Below are positions 33,233 to 41,485 of a stretch of DNA of 64,000 bases, one piece after another. The DNA is taken from NCBI GenBank assembly GCA_017609605.1, contig JAFCDO010000001.1, positions 9,281 to 73,280 of the forward strand, read 5' to 3'. This DNA is from Candidatus Parvarchaeota archaeon. GTDB taxonomy: Archaea > Nanobdellota > Nanobdellia > JAAOXT01. The notes below the pieces were generated by a model. It saw nothing but the letters and a program-made list of their open reading frames with translations, had not been told where the DNA came from and did not search any database. Position numbers and translations under genes: made by a program. Each line of letters begins with the position of its first letter. The first letter of the stretch is position 1.

Positions 33233-34534
33233 TTAATGTTTTGCAGAAGACCTTTTCCTTAAAGAGCGTGTTTTAAAAAAAGGATAAGAGGAAGGATTCT
33301 TTATTCTTTTGCAAAAGTGGTCTGGCTTGCACACGCCAATGTCCACGTAATAAGACTTGTTATCACAGTTAGGAGGAGGGAATCTTTCGTCCTTATTTTT
33401 TTTAGACCAGTTAAGCTGAGAGTTTATGTACTGTTCTGGCAGGGACTCTTCGTTCTTTTTATTCCAGTTCAACAACTCTCTTTTAATGTCATGGTTTTCC
33501 CACCCCTGAGTCTTCAAGAAATTATTCAAAATGAACACTGATCGCTTCCTCCCGTCAGATAAACCTTTAAGAATTAACTGTATGCACGGAGGGAACATTT
33601 CTTTATTCACAGCTTTTTCCGGCAGTTCGTAATCCCTCTCAACAGAAACATCTTCTTTCACCACATTCTTTTGAGCCCAATCCATTGCCTGAACCATCAA
33701 ATTCTCCGCTTCACCTGGCGACGCTTTCTTATCAAAAAAGCCGTGACTTGTTTTCACGTTCTCCGGCTTTGCATGATCAAGCGAGAACTCGTCCAAACCC
33801 TGCTTAGTCATAGGTATTGACACCAGCCAAGTTTTCTCGTTAAAAGAGTACGGCGTCCTATACAAGTGGCGCGGAGATATGAGTATGGTGTCCACTTCGA
33901 TTACCGAGTAAGGGTCAAATTCGTTGTTAACGAAAAGTTCTTCTTGCTTGACCCCCGCCCTCTTAGAAATCCTTTTTAGAGAACTGTCTTCTAAAGCCAA
34001 TAATTCTCTCCTCAAATGCTCTTTTATCAAGTCTTTTAGATAAGCTGCAAGGGTTCTGGAAGCTTCAGGAAACAGTTTTCTAACCTCTTTTTTATTAATC
34101 ATCTTCGGGAACGCTTCCCACGGCACTCCAACGTGCCATCCTTTGCCTCCACTGAACTTTATTGAATACGACTTTACTCCGTGGGATTCCAAAGCTTCGA
34201 CAAGTAATTTGGCGCAAATCCTGCCGTACTCCCAGTTCTTCGGGTCAATGTCCAATATGAAATCCCATCCTGAGCGAAGCTCGTCCATTTGAGCTCGGTT
34301 CATGTTCGTGGACAAGTCCAAAGGATTCGTCCACCTCTCCTCTGACGTGTGGAAGGATGTCGCGCCATCGCGAACAAAACGGTTAACATCGTTCTTGAAC
34401 ATTATCGTGTCAGGTCTTTTGCCGAAACCTCCGTTCCAATACCTTGGAATGACTTCCCTGTCCTTACAGACCTCTAAGATTCGTTCTTGAACATCCTTCC
34501 TCTTATAATATTTTATCACGTTGGAAAACTTCAT
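33233..34534 (-). CDS. priS: DNA primase: PriS catalytic domain fused to a PriL C-terminal Fe-S-like domain
   Basis: PriS N-terminus (YYKRKDVQERI...FGKRPD...SFHTSEERW, WDFILDIDP). The C-terminus reads FPPCIQLILKGLSDGRKRSVFILNNFLKTQGW...PPPNCDN...GVCKPDHFCKRIKNP, giving 4 Cys. Confidence 0.75.
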   Translation of the reverse strand: MKFSNVIKYYKRKDVQERILEVCKDREVIPRYWNGGFGKRPDTIMFKNDVNRFVRDGATSFHTSEERWTNPLDLSTNMNRAQMDELRSGWDFILDIDPKNWEYGRICAKLLVEALESHGVKSYSIKFSGGKGWHVGVPWEAFPKMINKKEVRKLFPEASRTLAAYLKDLIKEHLRRELLALEDSSLKRISKRAGVKQEELFVNNEFDPYSVIEVDTILISPRHLYRTPYSFNEKTWLVSIPMTKQGLDEFSLDHAKPENVKTSHGFFDKKASPGEAENLMVQAMDWAQKNVVKEDVSVERDYELPEKAVNKEMFPPCIQLILKGLSDGRKRSVFILNNFLKTQGWENHDIKRELLNWNKKNEESLPEQYINSQLNWSKKNKDERFPPPNCDNKSYYVDIGVCKPDHFCKRIKNPSSYPFFKTRSLRKRSSAKH

Positions 34535-34619
34535 TTACTTTAATAAAAAAAGAATGGCGAGCTTTTTAAATAAGTTTTTGCAAGCACTTTCTGCTGAGAA
34601 AAAAAAATTAAAGAATAAA

Positions 34620-34641
34620 TTTTAGGTTCAAAAACCTAAAA
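34620..34641 (-). terminator. Hairpin (9-bp stem) followed on the minus strand by a T-rich tract
   Basis: TTTTAGGTT-CAAA-AACCTAAAA. The minus-strand continuation is TTTATTCTTTAATTTTTTTTTCTC. It lies about 40 nt downstream of the 34679 stop. Confidence 0.4.
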
Positions 34642-34678
34642 AAAAAGGATTTTATCGTCCTGTTCAAAAGATCTTATT

Positions 34679-34879
34679 TTATTTGTTGGGCTTTTCTTCA
34701 AGAGCTTCAGCTATTTCTCTTAACTTTTTAGCGGTTAATTCTTTGGTGTCTTTAACAAGTCTTCCTTCCTTGTACTTTATTTCTAACTCTCCCACCTTCG
34801 ATTTAACTTGCTGATTAACCTCTTTTATAAGACCATTAACAAATTTTAGCACTCTATCAATGTTAGGTGTTTCATCCAT
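34679..34879 (-). CDS. Small helical hypothetical protein
   Basis: 66-aa charged ORF directly downstream of the coiled-coil gene. Confidence 0.4.
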   Translation of the reverse strand: MDETPNIDRVLKFVNGLIKEVNQQVKSKVGELEIKYKEGRLVKDTKELTAKKLREIAEALEEKPNK

Positions 34880-34903
34880 GGTTCAATAAAAGAACATTCT
34901 TGT

Positions 34904-36133
34904 TTAAATATCTTCCAGAACTAAAGAATGCTCGGACAACAATTTATTCACTTTTCTTTTTTCGTCACCTAACTCTTCCTCAGCAACTTTTCGTATCTCC
35001 TGATTTTTTGGGAAAACCTCTTTTTTTATTTTTAGGTTGTTCTCAAAGAATAATATGCTTTTCTTAAGCTCGTCCAGTTCAGAGTGCAAGTCAGATGAAT
35101 CAATAATGTTTTCAATAGTTTTTTTCTGTAATAATAGTTCTGCCAGGTTTAAATGAGCTTTATCGAAATAACTTCTGTCAATGGCTGATAAGGATTTTAA
35201 TGATTTAATTTTTTGTTTTGGTTTCAATTGAATCGCTTCTTTCTCGACAAGGGATCGGGCTTCGTTTAACCAAACCATTATTTTAGCGGAATCAATTATA
35301 GAAAAAGGGTCTTCCAAAAACAGTGTTAGTTCCTTGTCCCCTGGCCGAAGGTTAGCATACTTTTTTAACGCCTTGCCTGATTCTGATAGCTTTGCTGTTA
35401 CAACGCTTTTCAAAGTGTCTATTTTATCATTTATGTCCACTAATTGATTTTCAAGACTTTCCAACTGTTTCAGCCCAGCGCTTTCCTCAAACTTCTTGAC
35501 TTCCTGTTTTCTCGAATCTAATTGTTCCTCCAGTTCGGCGACCTCCTTCTTTGCTTTTTTATCTTCAGCTAGGGTTGAAGAAATCATTTCTTCCAATTTT
35601 TTTATTCTTTCCAGTTTTCTTATCCTGTTCTTAAACCCTTGTCTAACCTCATTTCTTTCGTCCATTTCTTTTTTTATTTCAGTGAATTCTTTGCTTATTC
35701 CCTCAAGTTTTTTTCCGATTTCAGCGATCTCTTTTTTGAACGCAATGCTCAACTTATCAGAGTAATCTATTCCGAGTTTAGAAGCTGTTTTCAAAAAATC
35801 CATTACTCGCTGAATAGAATCCTCTACTTCCTCGAAATCTGTATGAGTGAAATCCTTGGCCTTAACGGCAAACGTTCTCATCCTGATTATGAAACTCTTT
35901 CTTGAGGATAGAACTTTATTGAGCAAGTAAGGATTTATTTCATCTCTGGGCTCAGACTGCTTGAACGATTCTAACAACTTGAGCAGTTCTAAGAACTTTT
36001 TTTCCAGTTTTTTCGGGTTGACAAAATCTATTGAGCTTGCTTTCTCAAGTTTTTGTGAAAAAAAATTTAGTGCTTCTTCCAAACCCAATTTTTCAGGTTC
36101 TTTCGATTTACTGAAAACGTCAAAAAACCCCAT
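34904..36133 (-). CDS. Long coiled-coil protein (K/E-rich)
   Basis: 409 aa with an MGFFDVFSK N-terminus and heptad-like KE-rich sequence throughout. Confidence 0.5.
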   Translation of the reverse strand: MGFFDVFSKSKEPEKLGLEEALNFFSQKLEKASSIDFVNPKKLEKKFLELLKLLESFKQSEPRDEINPYLLNKVLSSRKSFIIRMRTFAVKAKDFTHTDFEEVEDSIQRVMDFLKTASKLGIDYSDKLSIAFKKEIAEIGKKLEGISKEFTEIKKEMDERNEVRQGFKNRIRKLERIKKLEEMISSTLAEDKKAKKEVAELEEQLDSRKQEVKKFEESAGLKQLESLENQLVDINDKIDTLKSVVTAKLSESGKALKKYANLRPGDKELTLFLEDPFSIIDSAKIMVWLNEARSLVEKEAIQLKPKQKIKSLKSLSAIDRSYFDKAHLNLAELLLQKKTIENIIDSSDLHSELDELKKSILFFENNLKIKKEVFPKNQEIRKVAEEELGDEKRKVNKLLSEHSLVLEDI

Positions 36134-36220
36134 GCTATCATTGATAAAACTAGTCTTATTTTAAAAAAGTAACGCAAATAATTTTTTAAGTCAATGTTTC
36201 CTATTTTCTGACTTGTATCA

Positions 36221-38887
36221 ATGATGGAGATAGTTGAACCTTGGCATTCTTTAAACTCTAAAAAAGTTTTTGAAAAACTTCATACGAGCGAAAATGGTCT
36301 TAAGAATAGTCAAATTCCTTATCGTTTGAAAAAGTATGGAGTTAATGAGATAAAAGGTAAGGGTGGTAAAAACGTTTTAGTCATGTTATTTGAGCAATTC
36401 GCTAACCTAATGATCATTATTCTCTTACTGGCCGCAACAGTTTCTTTTCTAATGCACGAATGGATTGACGCGACCATGATTGTTATCATAGTTATTCTCA
36501 ACGCTTTCATGGGACTTTTCCAAGAGTACAAGGCTGAAAAATCTATTGAAGCGCTGAAAAAAATGATCAACCCTAAAGCAGTGGTTTTCAGGGAAGGACG
36601 GGAAGAAGAAATCTTAGCTAAAAAATTGGTTCCGGGAGACATCGTGTTGTTGGAAACAGGTGTGAGGGTACCAGCAGACGTTCGATTAATCAAAAGCACT
36701 AATCTTAAAGTAGATGAGTCAATGCTAACCGGCGAGTCAACTCCTGTTGAAAAACGCGCTGACAAAATTTTGGATAGGGAAACCCCTATTAGTGAAAGGT
36801 TTAATTGCTGTTTCATGAGTTCTGTGGTCACTTATGGAAGCGGTTTGGGCGTGGTCGTGAACACTGGTATGAACGCAGAAATTGGGAGGATTGCCAAGAT
36901 GGTTCAGGAAAGCAAACCGGAAAAAACTCCTTTGGAAAAAAGGCTTGATAATTTAAGCTTGAAACTCGCAGGCATAATAATCCTTATAACACTAATAATA
37001 TTTGTTCTTGACTTTTTGGAAGGCCATTCCTTACTGCAAAGCTTTTTGATAGCTGTCAGCCTCGCTGTTTCGGCGATTCCTGAAGGCCTGCCCGCAGTGG
37101 TCACGCTAACCCTTGCTCTTGGTGTCCAGAGAATGGCTAAAAAGAAGGCTATTGTTCGTAAACTCTCGGCAGTTCAGACTCTTGGCTCCACTACAGTGAT
37201 CTGCACGGATAAAACAGGAACCCTAACCCAGAACCAGATGACCGTGCAAAAAATTTTCTTAGGAAAAGAAGTGGTAAACGTTTCAGGAGTTGGTTTCGCG
37301 CCTGAAGGGCGTTTCAGTGTTGACAAGAAAACAAAAGACTTGCAACTATTACTCAAAGCTGGCGCGCTATGCAACAACGCTTATCTTTCCAACGAGAATA
37401 ATGAGTGGAACATTATTGGAGACCCGACTGAAGGTTCTCTGCTCACTCTCTCGTTAAAAGGAGGATTGGACGCAACGGTTTTGAAAAAAAAGTTTCCGCG
37501 ATTCGGCGAAGTGTCTTTTGACTCTAAAAGAAAGATGATGAGTGTTATCGTTGAAGAAGGTGAAGACATGGTGGTTTACACTAAAGGCGCTCCAGACATC
37601 CTGCTAAAAAAATGCGACAAAGTGATGGTGAACGGCAGGCAAGTTAAACTCACGAACAAAAGAAAAAAAGAAATTCTCCTGGTGAACGAAGAGTTCGGGA
37701 ACTCTGCTCTAAGAGTCCTCGCCCTTGCTTATAAGAAAGTGAAAAAGAAAGGCGAGTACGATGAATCGGTTGAAAAAAATCTTGTTTTCATCGGGCTGGC
37801 AGGGATGATGGACCCTCCAAGAGAAGAAGTTACGGAAGCCATTGCCCAATGCAAGGAAGCAGGGGTTAAAGTAGTCATGGTCACAGGAGACCACAGGATA
37901 ACCGCGACGGCCATAGCCAAAAAAATAGGTCTTTTTAGTGAAGGTAGTTTAGTGGTTGACGGAAGCCAAATCGACGGCATGACTGATGAAGATTTTGAAA
38001 AAATGATTGAGAACATCGCGGTTTTCGCTCGAGTCTCACCAGAGCATAAGGTTCGCATAGTCGAGACTTTCAAGAAAAAAGATCACGTGATTGCTATGAC
38101 TGGTGACGGAGTGAACGACGCTCCAGCCCTAAAAAAAGCTGATATCGGAATAGCTATGGGAGTTACTGGAACAGACGTTGCCAAAGAAGCTAGCGACATG
38201 ATATTGTTAGATGATAATTTCGCGACAATTGTTAAATCCATAAAAGAGGGCCGAACCATTTTTGATAATATCAAAAAATTCATTCGTTACATGTTATCAG
38301 CTAATTTTGACGAGCTTGCTTTAATAGCGACCGCAGCCCTTCTGCGGTTTCCGCTTCCAATGATTCCAATTCAGATATTATGGAATAACTTGGTCAGTGA
38401 CGGTTTGCCCGCGCTCGCCTTAGGCGTTGACCCTCCAGAAAGAGGTGTTATGAAAAAACCTCCTGAAAAACCTAAAGCCAAAATCATCAACAAACTGTTG
38501 CCTTTCAGCATTTTCGCTGGATTAATCGCCTTCATTTTCTCCTTGGCACTGTTTGTTTACGCTTTGACGACTTATGGTCTCGTGATAGCTCAAACAACCG
38601 TTTTCGCGTTCACTTTAATGTTCGAAATGTTCTTGGTTTTCAGTGCTAAAACAGAGAAAAGATTGGGTGTAAAAGACTTTTTTAACAATAAGATGTTATT
38701 GCTCGCTGTCACGTCATCAATAATCCTTGAATTAGTGGTTATTTACACGCCAGTCCTGCAACCATTTTTTGGCACTGCAGCTCTCCCCGCCATGGATTGG
38801 CTGATGATTTGCGTTGCAGGATTAACAGGCGTGTTATTGGTGGAAGGGTTTAAACCTGTGCTTAACAAGATTACTTCAAAATTTTGA
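36221..38887 (+). CDS. P-type cation-transporting ATPase (P2, Ca2+/cation type)
   Basis: TGES, ICTDKTGTLTQN, KGAPD, MVTGDH, TGDGVNDAPALKKADIGIAMG and about 10 TM helices. Confidence 0.9.
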   Translation: MMEIVEPWHSLNSKKVFEKLHTSENGLKNSQIPYRLKKYGVNEIKGKGGKNVLVMLFEQFANLMIIILLLAATVSFLMHEWIDATMIVIIVILNAFMGLFQEYKAEKSIEALKKMINPKAVVFREGREEEILAKKLVPGDIVLLETGVRVPADVRLIKSTNLKVDESMLTGESTPVEKRADKILDRETPISERFNCCFMSSVVTYGSGLGVVVNTGMNAEIGRIAKMVQESKPEKTPLEKRLDNLSLKLAGIIILITLIIFVLDFLEGHSLLQSFLIAVSLAVSAIPEGLPAVVTLTLALGVQRMAKKKAIVRKLSAVQTLGSTTVICTDKTGTLTQNQMTVQKIFLGKEVVNVSGVGFAPEGRFSVDKKTKDLQLLLKAGALCNNAYLSNENNEWNIIGDPTEGSLLTLSLKGGLDATVLKKKFPRFGEVSFDSKRKMMSVIVEEGEDMVVYTKGAPDILLKKCDKVMVNGRQVKLTNKRKKEILLVNEEFGNSALRVLALAYKKVKKKGEYDESVEKNLVFIGLAGMMDPPREEVTEAIAQCKEAGVKVVMVTGDHRITATAIAKKIGLFSEGSLVVDGSQIDGMTDEDFEKMIENIAVFARVSPEHKVRIVETFKKKDHVIAMTGDGVNDAPALKKADIGIAMGVTGTDVAKEASDMILLDDNFATIVKSIKEGRTIFDNIKKFIRYMLSANFDELALIATAALLRFPLPMIPIQILWNNLVSDGLPALALGVDPPERGVMKKPPEKPKAKIINKLLPFSIFAGLIAFIFSLALFVYALTTYGLVIAQTTVFAFTLMFEMFLVFSAKTEKRLGVKDFFNNKMLLLAVTSSIILELVVIYTPVLQPFFGTAALPAMDWLMICVAGLTGVLLVEGFKPVLNKITSKF

Positions 38888-39661
38888 AATAAGCTCCTGA
38901 ATTTCATCTAAAGAAAGAGCTGACACCCTTTTGTTCAAAACTTTTTCAGGCAGTCCTGCTTCAGAAACTTTTTTAGATGCACCTCCTTTAGACAGGCCTT
39001 TAGTGTCGAACAAGGCCTCTCTTAACGCGTTCTTAACCCTTTTATCATCCTGAATTAAGAAGTTTTTTAGGAAGGGTGTTTCTTTTTTGCTTTCAAGTAC
39101 TATTATTGATGAACCAACGCTTGGCTCGGGGTGAAAAGCGTTTTTAGGGACTTCAGCGACTATTTTAACGTCAAAGAAGGTCTGAACTAGCAAGGAGAGT
39201 TTAGAGTACTTCTCGTCTCCTGGATTGGATAAGAGTCTTTCAGCGAAAGCTTTTGGAACCGTGAGAACCGCTCTTTTGAAAAAGTAACGAAACAACCTGT
39301 TCACGAAAGGCTCGCAAATACTGTAAGGTAGGTTTGAAACCACTTTGTCGAAGAAAGGGAAGTCTGTTTTCAGGGCGTCAGCGTATATGACGTAAACATT
39401 AGAGCCTGAAGGGAAGGTCTCGTTCAGAACTTCTTTCATGGCAATGTCTTTTTCAATGGCGAACACTTGCTTGGCTTTTCTGGATATGTGTTTAGTGAGG
39501 TTCCCTGATCCAGCACCAATCTCAAGCACCACTTCATTTGATTGCACGTCAGCTTCAGAAACAATTTTTTTCAGGAGAGTCTCGTCTACCATAAAGTGCT
39601 GGTCTTTAGTCTTATCCAGCTTTATTCCTTTATCCTCAATTTCTTTAACCAACTTTCTCAT
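38876..39661 (-). CDS. ksgA: 16S rRNA (adenine1518/1519-N6)-dimethyltransferase KsgA/Dim1
   Basis: DQHFMVDETLLKKIV, VLEIGAGSGNLT and NLPYSI. Confidence 0.85.
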   Translation of the reverse strand: MRKLVKEIEDKGIKLDKTKDQHFMVDETLLKKIVSEADVQSNEVVLEIGAGSGNLTKHISRKAKQVFAIEKDIAMKEVLNETFPSGSNVYVIYADALKTDFPFFDKVVSNLPYSICEPFVNRLFRYFFKRAVLTVPKAFAERLLSNPGDEKYSKLSLLVQTFFDVKIVAEVPKNAFHPEPSVGSSIIVLESKKETPFLKNFLIQDDKRVKNALREALFDTKGLSKGGASKKVSEAGLPEKVLNKRVSALSLDEIQELISKF

Positions 39662-39860
39662 AAAAAAGAAGGAAGATTCTATTGGTTAATAAAGTTACTG
39701 AAAAAAACTTTTTTGCTTCTAAACACCTTATTTTCGCGTTTACTCTTTTCTAAAATATTAAAGGTTCACTTCTGTTTTTGGTAAGTTTATTAAGTGAGTA
39801 GTGCTCTATACTTAAATTGTTCTTAGTGACGAAAAATTATTCAAGATGAGTGAAGCGTAA

Positions 39861-40034
39861 ATGAAAAAGGAAAAACGAAAAAAAAAACCTAAAGTTAGTT
39901 ATCGAGTTATCTGCCCTCATTGCAAAAGAAAGGGAGAATACATTGCTATTCCAAAAGAAGAATACGGTGACCACTTGGAAAAAGTGCATGGTTATAAAAG
40001 GCCAAACACTCGTAAAAAAAAGAAGAAAAAATGA
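39861..40034 (+). CDS. 57-aa Lys-rich C2H2-like zinc-finger micro-protein (not in the ORF track)
   Basis: My own translation is MKKEKRKKKPKVSYRVICPHCKRKGEYIAIPKEEYGDHLEKVHGYKRPNTRKKKKKK. Its stop overlaps the next ATG (ATGA at 40031-40034). Confidence 0.5.
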   Translation: MKKEKRKKKPKVSYRVICPHCKRKGEYIAIPKEEYGDHLEKVHGYKRPNTRKKKKKK

Positions 40035-40453
40035 ATTGCGACAAATGCGGTAAAACACTTGATTTTAAGTGGAGGTTTTGCCCGTATTGCGGTCAAAGAG
40101 TAAGATTCAGATTATCAATAAATCTTAGCGGCTTGTTCAAACAAGTCTCCGAAATGTTTTCACCCCAGAAAGGAAGTCAAAGCGTTCAAAAACAGAAAAT
40201 GGTGTCCCACTCCTTCAAAAAAAGTGTTGAGCCAAAGTCAAAAACTTTTAGGCGTGGCGCGTTCTTGACCCATGAAATCAGTGTTCCTGGCGTGAAGTCA
40301 ATGAAGAACGTTGAAGTAAGAATTCTCAAAGAGTCCGTAGAAATCAGGGCCTACGCCAAAGACACTCTGTATTTCAAAGTGTTCAACGAGAAAAGAGGAG
40401 AATTAGTGGATAAGACATTAAAAAAAGAAACGCTTATTCTAACCTTCAGTTAA
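40031..40453 (+). CDS. Zinc-ribbon protein with a C-terminal Hsp20/alpha-crystallin-like domain
   Basis: N-terminus MNCDKCGKTLDFKWRFCPYCGQRV. The C-terminus ISVPGVKSMKNVEVRILKESVEIRAYA...LILTF resembles the ACD core. Confidence 0.55.
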   Translation: MNCDKCGKTLDFKWRFCPYCGQRVRFRLSINLSGLFKQVSEMFSPQKGSQSVQKQKMVSHSFKKSVEPKSKTFRRGAFLTHEISVPGVKSMKNVEVRILKESVEIRAYAKDTLYFKVFNEKRGELVDKTLKKETLILTFS

Positions 40454-40485
40454 GCTTAAAAGAGTGCGGGTTCTCCGCTATTCTT

Positions 40486-40770
40486 ATGAAGACTAAGTAC
40501 TTCAAGGTGGGGGATTCTTGGAAGAAAATTGTGATAGGCGGGGAAGAAGAAAATAAGTTGACGAAAGATTTTATTGAAGAGTATTTTGAGCTTTTGAAAA
40601 CCATTTTAAAAAAAGCGGAGGATAATGGTTTCCGAGGAACAGATGCTTTAAAAGTGTCTTTAGCCGTGTTTGAGAAAAGCGCTTCTCCAATGCATTACAA
40701 ATTCGACGAATTACTCGAAAAGAAAAAAGACGAGTTTATGGATGAACAAAAAGTTAGGAAGAACTATTAG
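40486..40770 (+). CDS. Hypothetical protein
   Basis: 94-aa ORF with no motif. Confidence 0.4.
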   Translation: MKTKYFKVGDSWKKIVIGGEEENKLTKDFIEEYFELLKTILKKAEDNGFRGTDALKVSLAVFEKSASPMHYKFDELLEKKKDEFMDEQKVRKNY

Positions 40771-41414
40771 GTTTCCTCCATAACTTTAATCAGGAAGTTC
40801 TCCGCGCTTGTAAGGGTTTCGTCAAACAGGATTAAAGTATTTGGCAGTAAGGTTTCTTCAAATAATTTAGAATCCTCTGGATTCGAGTCATAAAAAATGG
40901 GTGGGTACCACGGCTCTCTTTTACACAAGTCTAAGGCTTCTTCCACTTTAAACATCATTACCGGATCATCCTGTTCTGAAGCCATTCTCAGCGCGTTCGC
41001 CACATTATTTACGCTTTCTAAAAATTGTTCGTAATCAGGAATCATTCTCGAAATACTGCCGTAACAAAACACTGTTTCCTCCATGCTGGCAGAGTTATTC
41101 ATTATTTTTTTCACAAGTGAACAAACATATTGGCGTCGCTCCTCAAGATGGTTTTCAAAAAACTTTTCTGGTTCAACACCCTCTAAAACAATGAGTTGCC
41201 ATAGATAATCCTGGGAATAGTCTTCTTCTATTGGCCCGAAAACTGTCTCGTGAAAAACGAAATAATCCTCCAGTTTTTCCAAGAAGAATTCTTTTTTATC
41301 CTCTTCCTCGCAATTAATCAAGCTGGCCACGCCTATGACCGCGTTAAGCAAGTTAAGCTCCGGACCTGGAATCTCTTTCGACACGTAAACCAATAAAACC
41401 CCCTTATTTATCAA
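40767..41414 (-). CDS. Acidic hypothetical protein
   Basis: 215-aa ORF, D/E-rich, divergent from pilus locus 1. Confidence 0.45.
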   Translation of the reverse strand: MINKGVLLVYVSKEIPGPELNLLNAVIGVASLINCEEEDKKEFFLEKLEDYFVFHETVFGPIEEDYSQDYLWQLIVLEGVEPEKFFENHLEERRQYVCSLVKKIMNNSASMEETVFCYGSISRMIPDYEQFLESVNNVANALRMASEQDDPVMMFKVEEALDLCKREPWYPPIFYDSNPEDSKLFEETLLPNTLILFDETLTSAENFLIKVMEET

Positions 41415-41460
41415 ATAATGGATTTATTCTATTATAAAAAATATTGCATTCATGTTAATC

Positions 41461-41467
41461 TTTATAA
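41461..41467 (+). promoter_or_regulatory. TATA-box-like element for pilus locus 1
   Basis: TTTATAA lies about 22 nt upstream of ATG 41486. A second A/T box at 41431-41442 could serve the divergent gene. Confidence 0.4.
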
Positions 41468-41485
41468 CATTCCACGACCCAAAAA

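Noticed and set aside
39837-40058. A 73-aa minus-strand ORF from the track.
   Set aside because: It is extremely F-rich because it is the complement of A-runs. The plus strand here encodes a coherent Lys-rich C2H2-like micro-protein that is ATGA-coupled to the next gene.
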